A stretch of DNA of 33,712 bases from a virus, in IMG/VR virus record IMGVR_UViG_3300005838_000003, one strand, 5' to 3'. Position numbers and translations under genes: made by a program. Below, piece by piece: positions 23,457-31,281 of this stretch (position 1 is the first letter of the stretch; the number at the start of each line of letters is the position of its first letter). The notes beneath the pieces are model-generated. The model was not told where the DNA came from. It made no database searches and saw only the letters and a program-made list of their open reading frames with translations.

Positions 23457-26400
23457 ATGGCTACTTTATATAATACTAAAATATCAGCTACTTATCCAGG
23501 TTTAATTAAGACAATAGATAATATTGCAATAACTGCTGCACTTAAACAACTTACTGATGGTTCAGGAAACGCTACTGGTTTATACGTTAATACAGCAGGA
23601 GATTTTAAAGTTACTTCTATTTTAGAGTGGGGTTCTTTAAAGGACACAGGAACAGGCGTTACTATCACTCAATTTGTAACAGCAGCAAATGGTATTGAAA
23701 ACTTTAATAATGATACTACAGTGCCAACAAGTGCAGCAGTGAAAACCTATGTTGATGCAGTTGTAACAGCATCAGATTTAGATTTCTTAGGAGATTCAAA
23801 CGTAGGGACACCTGCAGTTGATTTAGATTCTCAAAACTTTAGTATTTTAGGAACAGCAAATGAAATAGAAACAAGTGGAAACGCTCAAACCTTAACAATA
23901 GGATTACCAAATAATGTTACTATTAGTGGAATTTTTACAGGAACAACTTTTAGTGGAGATTTAAATGGAACTATAAACACAGCGACAACAGCAACAACTC
24001 AAGTAGCAGGAAACAACTCAACTAAGGTAGCAACGACTGCCTATGTCGATACTTTAGATGCAGCAAGTGACTTAGATTTTTCAGGAGATAGTGGTACAGG
24101 AGATGTAAATTTAAACACTCAAGTATTTGCAATAACAGGAACTACAAATCAAATTACTACTGCTGCTGCAAGTCAAGGATTAAGTTTAAGTTTACCAGCT
24201 ACTGTTCATAGAAATTTACAAGGTAATGTCACAGGAAATGTAACAGGAAACGTAGCAGGAGATTTAACTGGAAATGTTACTGCTACTTCTGTCTTAGCAA
24301 ATGGCGTTACAGGCACAACTCAAACGGCAAGTGACAATAGTACAAAAATAGCAACTACTGCATATGTAGATGTTTTAGACGCAGCTTCTGATTTAGATAT
24401 AACAGGAGATACTGGAACTGGTGATGTTAATCTTAACACACAAACACTAAACATTTTAGGTACTACAAATGAAATAACAACTGCCGTAGTAAATCAAACT
24501 GCTACAATAAGTTTGCCGAGTAATATTAGTGTAGATGTCACTGGAGATTTAACAGGAAATGCAGATACATCTACAGCGTGGCAAACAGCAAGAGATATTT
24601 CATTAACTGGCGAAGCAACTACAACAATATCAAGCGTTAATGGAAGTGCAAATGTAAGTGGAGCAGTAACTTTAGATAACAACTCAGTAACTGGAAAAGT
24701 ATTAACAGGATTACCAACACCTGCTGCGGCAAGTGTTTTACCTGCAGATTCTATTTTAGATGGTATTGGAAAACTCCAATCACAAATAAATGGATTAGCA
24801 GGTGGATTAAGATTTATGGGTTCTTGGAATGCTACAACAAACGTACCATCCTTAAGTTCTGGTGGAGGTGAAGCAACAAGCGGAACGACAACAGGAACGA
24901 CAGTAAATAAATTAGTAGATAGTGCTGCTAACTTTAGTGCGACAGTAACAGTAGGTGACCAAGTAGTTAATCAAGTAGACGGACAAACTGCTTTAGTAAC
25001 AAATATAGACAGCTCTACAACGCTTTCGTTAGATGCTGATATTATGTTAACAGGTGAAGCATATACAATAGATAATACTCCATTTTTAACACAAGGACAT
25101 TATTATGTTGTTAGTGTAGGTGGAACAACAAGTTTAAATGGAATTGCTAACTGGTCAGTAGGTGACTGGGCTATAGTAGGCGCAAATAACGAGTGGACAC
25201 AACTTGACCATACAGATGTTGAAGGAGTTGGAACAGTTGGAAACATTCCTAAATGGTCAGCTACTGGAACTATTGCTGATTCTATAATGGCAGAAGCAGG
25301 TACAGAAATAACAGTTTCAGGAATTTTAAGCACCACTACAAATTTAAACTCAGGAAGTAATTTTGCAGTAGCTACTAATAAATTCACAGCTAACGCAACA
25401 ACAGGAAACGTAGCTTTTCCTGGCGATTTAGCTATCAATACTAATAAGTTTACAGTAAATGCTACAAGTGGAGCTACAGCAGCAGCAGGAACAATAACTG
25501 CACCTACTTTTTCAGGAGATTTAAATGGTACAATAAACACTTTAACTACTGCCGTAACTCAAGCAGCAAGTAATAATTCTACTCTTGTAGCAACGACTGC
25601 TTATGTAGATACTTCAGCAGGTTTATATTTACCACTTGCAGGGGGAACACTTACAGGCGGTTTAACAGGAACAACAGCAACTTTTACAGGAACTGTTGCT
25701 ACAACTTTAACTGTAGCAGGTGCAGCTTATACTGCTAACATATCAGGAGCAAGTAATATTTATAGTCAATACAGTAATAATAGTTTAGCAAATAATGTTT
25801 ATATAGGATTAGTAGGAAATAATGGTGTAATACAATCTAATAATGATGTAGTGCTTTACTCAGGTGCTTCTTATACAGAAGGGTATAGATTAGACAGTTC
25901 AGGAAACTCAACTTTTGCAGGAACTGTAACTGCTGCTCAATATTATAAATCAAGTACAGCATTTAATGTAATTGGAACAGGTTCAAGTGGAGAAGTTTTA
26001 TTACGACCTACTGCTTGGAATTTGTCAACTGCTCAATCTTCATTTACAACAACTTTAGCAACTATTGGAACAGACGCAACTTTTGCAGGAACTTTAGACA
26101 CTGCGGGAAACATTACAGCAACTACAGCAAGTACTACACAAATTGAAATAGAAACCAGTGTTGGTAGTGCTAATACACAACTTTTATTTAGAAATCCAAC
26201 TTATACGCAGGACTTATATATGGATGCTGTTGGAGATTTCCATATATATAAAAGTGCAGCCAATCAATTCACATTTAAGCAAAATGGAAATGTAGGAATA
26301 GGAACGGCTTCGCCTGATGCTAAATTTCAAGTTGAAGGAAATGTAAAAGTTGGTTCTGCTTCAGGTGCTTCTTGGACAGATGCTAAAGATGATGTAGGGG

Positions 26401-27998
26401 GATTAGATGTTTTTGTTGGGTCAGGTAGTTATGCTTTGCAATTATGGGATGATAATGACCAAACCAATCCAAGATTTGTTGTAGAAAGGGCAGGAAATGT
26501 AGGAATTGGAACAAGCGATATTGATTTTGAATTACAAGTTGGTGGAACTGATGTATCTGGAACTGCAAGTTTTACATCTCAATTTGCTGTTTTATCAGAA
26601 GCAACAACAGGTTATCCTAGTGGATTTATATTTAAAGCACCTAGAGTAGCAACTAGTTCTAATAGAGTATTGTTATTTGAAGATTTTGAAACATATTTTA
26701 GTATGCAAGTTCACGCTACTTCAACTGCTGGTGCTCAATCAGATATACCTATTGTTTTAGCTCCACAAGGAGGAAACGTAGGAATAGGAACTGCTTCGCC
26801 TCCGTCTGACCATAAATTACAAATACACAATGCAGCCGCCTATGCAAGATTTGCTTTAACAAATTCTTCTACTGGCGTAGCAAGTGGAGATGGTTTAATA
26901 TTTCAAATGGAGACGCTAAATAGTATTATTAAGAACCAAGAAGCTGGTTATTTAACTTTTGGTACGAGTGGTAGAGAAACTGACTTAAAAATTGACAGTT
27001 CTGGAAACGTAGGAATTAACACCTCTGGAGCGAGTCCGATAAGTGCTACTTTATCTGTAACACAAGAAACCACATTAACAACTTACGCATCACCTGCTAT
27101 TATAGCGGGTGGTTATGGCGTTGATGGTTATGCGATTGGCGCTAAACATCTTATCGGATTTAGTTATGACCAACAAAGTTTAGCAAACGTTGTAATAGGT
27201 TCAGAAATAACATCAAGTGCAGGATATACAATTTCTGATATGGTTTTTGCAACAAGAGCGTTATCAACAAATACAGTACCGATTGAAAGAATGCGTATAG
27301 AAAGTGGGGGAAATGTAAGAGTAAATTTCAACCAATCTGGTAGTTCTGGAAATCTATATTTTCAGGATATTGACAATGGAGCTTCAATGCTTTATATTCA
27401 ACCTGCACAATATGTGGGAACAGCACCTTATAATACTAACTATATAAATGCAGCTAATAGTAGTAATATTGGATTTATAGCAGGTGGTTCAGAAAGAATG
27501 AGTATTACAAGTGGGGGGAATGTTTTAATGGGTGTTACAAGCATTACGGATGCAACGAGTAGGGGTTTTGGTAACGCCTTTTCAGGTTCAGGTGCTTATG
27601 GCAATTGGACTTCTTGGGGAAATGGTTCTCATACTCACGCTATATTTAGAAATGCCACAAACATTGTTGGTACAATAACTACAAGCAGTTCTGCAACTGC
27701 ATATAACACATCTTCAGATTATAGATTAAAAGAAGATTTACAAGATTTTGCAGGTTTAGATATGGTTTCTAAAATACCTGTTTATGACTTTAAATGGAAG
27801 GTAGATGAAAGCAGAAGTTATGGTGTTATGGCTCACGAACTTCAAGAAGTTTTACCTGATGCAGTTGGTGGAGAAAAAGATGCAGAAGAAATGCAGCAAG
27901 TTGATTATTCTAAAATAGTTCCATTATTAGTTAAGTCAATACAAGAACTAAAAGCAGAAGTTGACTTGTTGAAACAAAATTGTAATTGTAAAAATTAG
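23457..27998 (+). CDS. Tail fibre, 1513 aa, with a C-terminal S74 intramolecular chaperone (auto-cleaving) domain
   Basis: Repeated NSTK[VI]ATTAYVD fibre motifs, a GNVTG pentapeptide run, and several GNVGIGT(A/S) repeats. The C-terminus SSDYRLKEDL...YDFKW...YGVMAHELQEV...VDYSKIVPLLVKSIQELK matches the S74 chaperone domain. Confidence 0.9.
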   Translation: MATLYNTKISATYPGLIKTIDNIAITAALKQLTDGSGNATGLYVNTAGDFKVTSILEWGSLKDTGTGVTITQFVTAANGIENFNNDTTVPTSAAVKTYVDAVVTASDLDFLGDSNVGTPAVDLDSQNFSILGTANEIETSGNAQTLTIGLPNNVTISGIFTGTTFSGDLNGTINTATTATTQVAGNNSTKVATTAYVDTLDAASDLDFSGDSGTGDVNLNTQVFAITGTTNQITTAAASQGLSLSLPATVHRNLQGNVTGNVTGNVAGDLTGNVTATSVLANGVTGTTQTASDNSTKIATTAYVDVLDAASDLDITGDTGTGDVNLNTQTLNILGTTNEITTAVVNQTATISLPSNISVDVTGDLTGNADTSTAWQTARDISLTGEATTTISSVNGSANVSGAVTLDNNSVTGKVLTGLPTPAAASVLPADSILDGIGKLQSQINGLAGGLRFMGSWNATTNVPSLSSGGGEATSGTTTGTTVNKLVDSAANFSATVTVGDQVVNQVDGQTALVTNIDSSTTLSLDADIMLTGEAYTIDNTPFLTQGHYYVVSVGGTTSLNGIANWSVGDWAIVGANNEWTQLDHTDVEGVGTVGNIPKWSATGTIADSIMAEAGTEITVSGILSTTTNLNSGSNFAVATNKFTANATTGNVAFPGDLAINTNKFTVNATSGATAAAGTITAPTFSGDLNGTINTLTTAVTQAASNNSTLVATTAYVDTSAGLYLPLAGGTLTGGLTGTTATFTGTVATTLTVAGAAYTANISGASNIYSQYSNNSLANNVYIGLVGNNGVIQSNNDVVLYSGASYTEGYRLDSSGNSTFAGTVTAAQYYKSSTAFNVIGTGSSGEVLLRPTAWNLSTAQSSFTTTLATIGTDATFAGTLDTAGNITATTASTTQIEIETSVGSANTQLLFRNPTYTQDLYMDAVGDFHIYKSAANQFTFKQNGNVGIGTASPDAKFQVEGNVKVGSASGASWTDAKDDVGGLDVFVGSGSYALQLWDDNDQTNPRFVVERAGNVGIGTSDIDFELQVGGTDVSGTASFTSQFAVLSEATTGYPSGFIFKAPRVATSSNRVLLFEDFETYFSMQVHATSTAGAQSDIPIVLAPQGGNVGIGTASPPSDHKLQIHNAAAYARFALTNSSTGVASGDGLIFQMETLNSIIKNQEAGYLTFGTSGRETDLKIDSSGNVGINTSGASPISATLSVTQETTLTTYASPAIIAGGYGVDGYAIGAKHLIGFSYDQQSLANVVIGSEITSSAGYTISDMVFATRALSTNTVPIERMRIESGGNVRVNFNQSGSSGNLYFQDIDNGASMLYIQPAQYVGTAPYNTNYINAANSSNIGFIAGGSERMSITSGGNVLMGVTSITDATSRGFGNAFSGSGAYGNWTSWGNGSHTHAIFRNATNIVGTITTSSSATAYNTSSDYRLKEDLQDFAGLDMVSKIPVYDFKWKVDESRSYGVMAHELQEVLPDAVGGEKDAEEMQQVDYSKIVPLLVKSIQELKAEVDLLKQNCNCKN
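23949..24053 (+). repeat. Intragenic 105-nt direct repeat, copy 1 (FSGDLNGTINTATTATTQVAGNNSTKVATTAYVDT)
   Basis: Aligns without gaps to 25509-25613, both in frame. Many identical runs, for example GGAGATTTAAATGG and GTAGCAACGACTGC. Confidence 0.85.
25509..25613 (+). repeat. Intragenic 105-nt direct repeat, copy 2 (FSGDLNGTINTLTTAVTQAASNNSTLVATTAYVDT)
   Basis: See copy 1. The two copies are 1560 nt apart within the fibre gene. Confidence 0.85.
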
Positions 27999-28006
27999 TA
28001 TATTTG
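27999..28006 (+). promoter_or_regulatory. TATATTTG box ahead of the lysis cassette
   Basis: It follows the fibre stop codon directly and lies 25 nt upstream of ATG 28031. Confidence 0.45.
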
Positions 28007-28030
28007 AATTTAATCATAAATTAAAATAAA

Positions 28031-28273
28031 ATGTCAAAAATTAAAAAAGAAGAATTAAAAAACTTACAAGAACAAACAGGAAAATTAAATGCTATTAAGC
28101 ACGACCTTGGTTTATTACAAACTCAAATACATAGTTTAAATCATATGTATGCTGAGTTAATGGTAGAACAAGAAAAATCTAAAAAAGAACTTGAAGAATC
28201 TTATGGTAAGATTAATATTGATTTAAAAGATGGTTCTTATGAATTAATACCAGAAAAAGATGAAAAAAATTAG
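28031..28273 (+). CDS. Hypothetical coiled-coil protein, 80 aa
   Basis: ORF track. Heptad-rich. It overlaps the endolysin start by 14 nt. Confidence 0.6.
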   Translation: MSKIKKEELKNLQEQTGKLNAIKHDLGLLQTQIHSLNHMYAELMVEQEKSKKELEESYGKINIDLKDGSYELIPEKDEKN

Positions 28274-28715
28274 CGACCACATAAGCTTTAAAGAAGCAAC
28301 GTATAGTAAAACAGCTCAGCAATTAGGTTTACAAAATAAACCAAAAGCTGAACACCTTAAAAATATGGAATTGTTAGGTGAAAAAGTATTTGAACCTTTA
28401 AGAGAATGGGTAGGAGGACCAATACAAGTTAATAGCTTTTATCGTTCTAAGGAATTAAACTCAAGAATTGGCGGAGCATTAAGCTCTGCCCATCTATCAG
28501 GACAAGCAATAGATATTACTACTATGGGTGGAAAGTCAAACCTTGAAATGTTTCATTACATAATTGAAAATTTAGATTTTGACCAAGTAATTTCTGAATA
28601 TCCAACTGACGGTGAACCACGATGGATTCACGTTTCTTATAAAAGTAAAAAAGATAATAGAAAACAAGCTTTAGAGATTAAAAGAAAAGGAAGATATTTT
28701 ACTTATAATATATGA
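28260..28715 (+). CDS. Endolysin, peptidase M15 (zinc D-Ala-D-Ala carboxypeptidase / L-Ala-D-Glu peptidase-like)
   Basis: VNSFYRSKELNSRIGGALSSAHLSGQAIDI and RWIHVSY match the M15 H..D..H zinc-ligand layout (SxHxxGxAxD ... H). Confidence 0.85.
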   Translation: MKKISDHISFKEATYSKTAQQLGLQNKPKAEHLKNMELLGEKVFEPLREWVGGPIQVNSFYRSKELNSRIGGALSSAHLSGQAIDITTMGGKSNLEMFHYIIENLDFDQVISEYPTDGEPRWIHVSYKSKKDNRKQALEIKRKGRYFTYNI

Positions 28716-28855
28716 AATGGGAATTAGCTATTATAGAAAGATTCACAGTTGGTTTAATGATTGGTTTTAGTTATTATCCAAAAGAAGATGAAAAGGATTT
28801 TACTGAATTAAATTTTTTTTTAATCTTTTTCGCATTACATTTTAAATTTTATTAA
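28712..28855 (+). CDS. Mini-ORF, 47 aa, hydrophobic (MKWELAIIERFTVGLMIGFSYYPKEDEKDFTELNFFLIFFALHFKFY)
   Basis: Translated manually. ATGA overlap with the endolysin stop. The next ATG follows the stop directly. Confidence 0.4.
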   Translation: MKWELAIIERFTVGLMIGFSYYPKEDEKDFTELNFFLIFFALHFKFY

Positions 28856-28984
28856 ATGCCTATACCTAAAAAAAAACCAAACGAGAAACAATCTGATTTT
28901 ATGATTAGATGTGTTCCACAGTTAATGAAATATCATCCAAAAAATGAAGCAATCGCTATTTGTTATGATACTTATAAGAAATGA
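28856..28984 (+). CDS. Mini-ORF, 42 aa (MPIPKKKPNEKQSDFMIRCVPQLMKYHPKNEAIAICYDTYKK)
   Basis: Translated manually. ATGA overlap with the next gene. The pattern E..sDFi.rC......e..a.AICy is one I recall from small conserved phage proteins. Confidence 0.5.
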   Translation: MPIPKKKPNEKQSDFMIRCVPQLMKYHPKNEAIAICYDTYKK

Positions 28985-29268
28985 AAAGAAAAGTAGGAAT
29001 AGATATAGACAATGATGGGAACCCTGATTTGCATTTTGATATAAAGACAATAATTCTAATTGTAGGGGGATTGATAAGTATTACAATGACTTACTCAGCG
29101 TTAACTAAACAAATAGAAGCAAACAGACAGGAAATTGAGATAGCAAAACAATTACCTCCTGCGCTTTCACACGATATAATAGACCAAAAAATACTATTCT
29201 TAGAAAATAAAATTGATTCAGAATCTAAACGGTTAGATAAAATAGAAGATAAAATTTATAAAAGATGA
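28981..29268 (+). CDS. Membrane-anchored coiled-coil protein, 95 aa; i-spanin-like (or holin-like)
   Basis: One TM helix IILIVGGLISITMTYSAL followed by a helical, charged periplasmic-type tail. ATGA overlap with a downstream lipoprotein gene. Confidence 0.4.
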   Translation: MKRKVGIDIDNDGNPDLHFDIKTIILIVGGLISITMTYSALTKQIEANRQEIEIAKQLPPALSHDIIDQKILFLENKIDSESKRLDKIEDKIYKR

Positions 29269-29633
29269 AAGATTATATAAGTGTTTTACTCATTCCTGTT
29301 ATTATTATAATATTTTTTTTATTATTAATAGGTTGTGGCACTTATACCAAACCACCTATTGCATCTCACGTTTTAGCCGTAACGCTTCAGGGTGATACGA
29401 TTTTAGTAGCAATAGATAAAATTCGACCTAATCAATTTTATTATCCTTTATACAGTCAACCTTATTATCGACCATACTATTATAACCAATACGATTATCA
29501 ATGGAGATACCCAGACAATAGAGGAAAAAATAATTTAGGTTCTACTGGAACTAACAATTCAAATAAATCTAATAGTGCACCAGATATTGTAACACGACCA
29601 AGTTCTGATGTACTAATTAAAAATAAAAAGTAA
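29265..29633 (+). CDS. Lipoprotein, 122 aa; o-spanin-like
   Basis: Signal peptide VLLIPVIIIIFFLLLIGC with an L-I-G-C lipobox. The mature part is Tyr/Pro-rich (YYPLYSQPYYRPYYYNQYDYQWRYP). Confidence 0.5.
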   Translation: MKDYISVLLIPVIIIIFFLLLIGCGTYTKPPIASHVLAVTLQGDTILVAIDKIRPNQFYYPLYSQPYYRPYYYNQYDYQWRYPDNRGKNNLGSTGTNNSNKSNSAPDIVTRPSSDVLIKNKK

Positions 29634-29777
29634 ATGTTTAATTTAGATATGAAAATATACTTATTTAATACAATAGCTTTGAGCATTTCAATGACTGAGA
29701 TTGAAATTTCATTAAAAATTATATTGCTTCTATGCACTATAATTTATACAATAAAGAAAATAATAGAAAAAAAATAA
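29634..29777 (+). CDS. Mini-ORF, 47 aa, one hydrophobic helix (…ISLKIILLLCTIIYTIKKIIEKK); possible holin/antiholin partner
   Basis: Translated manually. It starts 1 nt after the upstream stop, and its stop overlaps ATG 29777 (TAATG). It competes with the track's alternative upstream start, 29732. Confidence 0.35.
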   Translation: MFNLDMKIYLFNTIALSISMTEIEISLKIILLLCTIIYTIKKIIEKK

Positions 29778-30172
29778 TGGAAAAAATATTAGTTAAATTA
29801 TTTGGAGGAGTTGGCACAAGTATTGTAGAAAAAATTAGTGGTGTTATTGATAAACACACTTTTAGTAAAGTAGAAAAAGCACAAGTTGAAAAAGAAATGA
29901 CTCAAATCTTCATAGATGCAGAAGCTAAAATACAAGAGAGTGTAACAGAAAGATGGAAAACTGATATGAATAGCGATTCTTATTTATCTAAGAATGTACG
30001 TCCTATTGTGTTGATTTTTTTAGTTATATCTACAGTTTTAATGGTTTTTATTGATGCAGGAGCAATTAATTTTAATGTTGATAATGAATGGAAAGAACTT
30101 TTAAAATTGCTTTTAATGACTACGGTTGCTGCTTATTTTGGAGGTCGTAGCTATGAAAAAGTAAAAAGATAA
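29777..30172 (+). CDS. Holin-like membrane protein, 131 aa from ATG 29777
   Basis: Amphipathic N-terminal half, then RPIVLIFLVISTVLMVFIDAG and LLKLLLMTTVAAYFGG as TM helices. The layout resembles the GTA-type holin family as recalled. It is the last gene of the lysis cassette. Confidence 0.5.
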   Translation: MEKILVKLFGGVGTSIVEKISGVIDKHTFSKVEKAQVEKEMTQIFIDAEAKIQESVTERWKTDMNSDSYLSKNVRPIVLIFLVISTVLMVFIDAGAINFNVDNEWKELLKLLLMTTVAAYFGGRSYEKVKR

Positions 30173-30183
30173 AATATTTTTTA

Positions 30184-30191
30184 TATATTTG
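30184..30191 (+). promoter_or_regulatory. TATATTTG box at the late-to-early junction
   Basis: It lies in the 180-nt intergenic region after the holin-like gene, 162 nt upstream of ATG 30353. Confidence 0.45.
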
Positions 30192-30274
30192 ATAATGCTA
30201 ATAGCAAAACTTGCACAACCTAATAAAGATGGAAGGTGCTTGGAACAGGTACTTAAAAATTTTCTTTTTGTAGG

Positions 30275-30321
30275 CTTTTTCTTTTCTTTTCTTTTTACTC
30301 TTTTTCTTTTCTTTTCTTTTA
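30275..30321 (+). repeat. Polypyrimidine tandem repeat: CTTTTTCTTTTCTTTTCTTTTTA, then CT, then CTTTTTCTTTTCTTTTCTTTTA
   Basis: Read directly. Positions 30275-30320 contain a single purine (A at 30297). The unit period is 25 nt, built from CTTTT pentamers. Confidence 0.9.
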
Positions 30322-30352
30322 GTTATAAATTATTATATTTAAAATAAAAATT

Positions 30353-30580
30353 ATGTTAAATTATCTTATTGAAAAAATATTAAACTATAAAACATATTCT
30401 ATTAGAAGAAAAATTAATTCTCTATTAGAAATGGATGCAGAGATATATTGCAACTTAGGCTCGGACAGCTCTAAGGCTGAAAGAGCCGAAGCTAAGAAAC
30501 AAAGTAAAGCTATTTATAGAGCTATTAGAAAACTCGATAAAAATACAGGAGATAGGTTTTTATACCATATGGATAAGTGA
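30353..30580 (+). CDS. Hypothetical protein, 75 aa (first gene of the early block)
   Basis: ORF track. Basic and helical. No motif. Confidence 0.6.
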   Translation: MLNYLIEKILNYKTYSIRRKINSLLEMDAEIYCNLGSDSSKAERAEAKKQSKAIYRAIRKLDKNTGDRFLYHMDK

Positions 30581-30966
30581 AAAAAAAATCCAGAAAAAGT
30601 ATAGTTAAACGTCTTGATATAGTTTTCTCTTTATATATCAGACTTAGATATTCCTCTAATGAAATAGCAGAATGTTTTACTTGTGGTAAACAAAGTCATT
30701 TTAAAAAAGGAATGCAGTGCGGACATTTTATGTCTCGTAAACATTATGCAACAAGATGGGATGCTACTAATTGTCAAGTCCAATGCTATGCTTGTAATGT
30801 AATGAGATACGGAGAACAGTATAAATTTGGTTTAAAACTTGAAGATTTATTTGGAAAAGGAATAGCTGAAGAATTACTTATAAAATCAAGAACAACAGTT
30901 AAATATTCTAATGACGATTTAGAGGCTATGATATTATACTATAATAATTTGGTTAATCAATTATAA
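30577..30966 (+). CDS. ninG: NinG/Rap-like recombination endonuclease
   Basis: LDIVFSLYIRLR, CFTCGK, MQCGHFMSRKHYATRWDATNCQVQCYACN and GEQYKF follow the lambda NinG family Cys/His pattern. GTG start in a GTGA overlap; there is no nearby ATG. Confidence 0.72.
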   Translation: MKKKSRKSIVKRLDIVFSLYIRLRYSSNEIAECFTCGKQSHFKKGMQCGHFMSRKHYATRWDATNCQVQCYACNVMRYGEQYKFGLKLEDLFGKGIAEELLIKSRTTVKYSNDDLEAMILYYNNLVNQL

Positions 30967-31003
30967 TTATTATCTTTGAAAGTCTTGTTTCGTTTGTCTT
31001 TGT

Positions 31004-31039
31004 AAAAAGGGGTTAATTAATTTTAGCCCTTTTTTTTTT
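31004..31039 (+). terminator. Weak terminator-like hairpin plus a T10 run
   Basis: AAAAAGGG pairs with CCCTTTTT around a 15-nt loop. Only three G-C pairs. The T run spans 31030-31039. Confidence 0.35.
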
Positions 31040-31056
31040 ATATTAAATATTTTTTG

Positions 31057-31064
31057 TATATTTG
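31057..31064 (+). promoter_or_regulatory. TATATTTG box
   Basis: Intergenic, 23 nt upstream of ATG 31087. The context TTTTTGTATATTTGTTTTAAATATA resembles the 8886 copy. Confidence 0.5.
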
Positions 31065-31086
31065 TTTTAAATATAAAATATATATT

Positions 31087-31281
31087 ATGCCCAAAGACAG
31101 AACAATAAGTTATCAAGAACATTACGTTCAAGTTGGATTCTATCAAAACTTCATTAAAGAAAAAGAAGCAGAAATCCAAAATTTAAAAAAACAATTACAA
31201 TTTACTTTAGAAGCTAAAGATGTTTTAGAAGCTAAATTAGAAGTTGAACAAATAAACTCTAATAAATATAACGAAATATGA
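31087..31281 (+). CDS. Hypothetical coiled-coil protein, 64 aa from ATG 31087
   Basis: The track ORF starts at TTG 31054, inside the promoter box. The in-frame ATG 31087 (MPKDRT...) is preferred. Confidence 0.6.
   Translation: MPKDRTISYQEHYVQVGFYQNFIKEKEAEIQNLKKQLQFTLEAKDVLEAKLEVEQINSNKYNEI

Noticed and set aside
30195-30347. 50-aa ORF (MLIAKLAQPNKDGRCLEQVLKNFLFVGFFFSFLFTLFLFFSFSYKLLYLK) reading through the polypyrimidine repeat.
   Set aside because: Its Phe/Leu/Ser-rich half is simply the translation of (CTTTT)n. Its ATG is only 4 nt from the putative -7 box, so it would lie upstream of or at the transcript start. Not excluded as a hydrophobic peptide, but unsupported.
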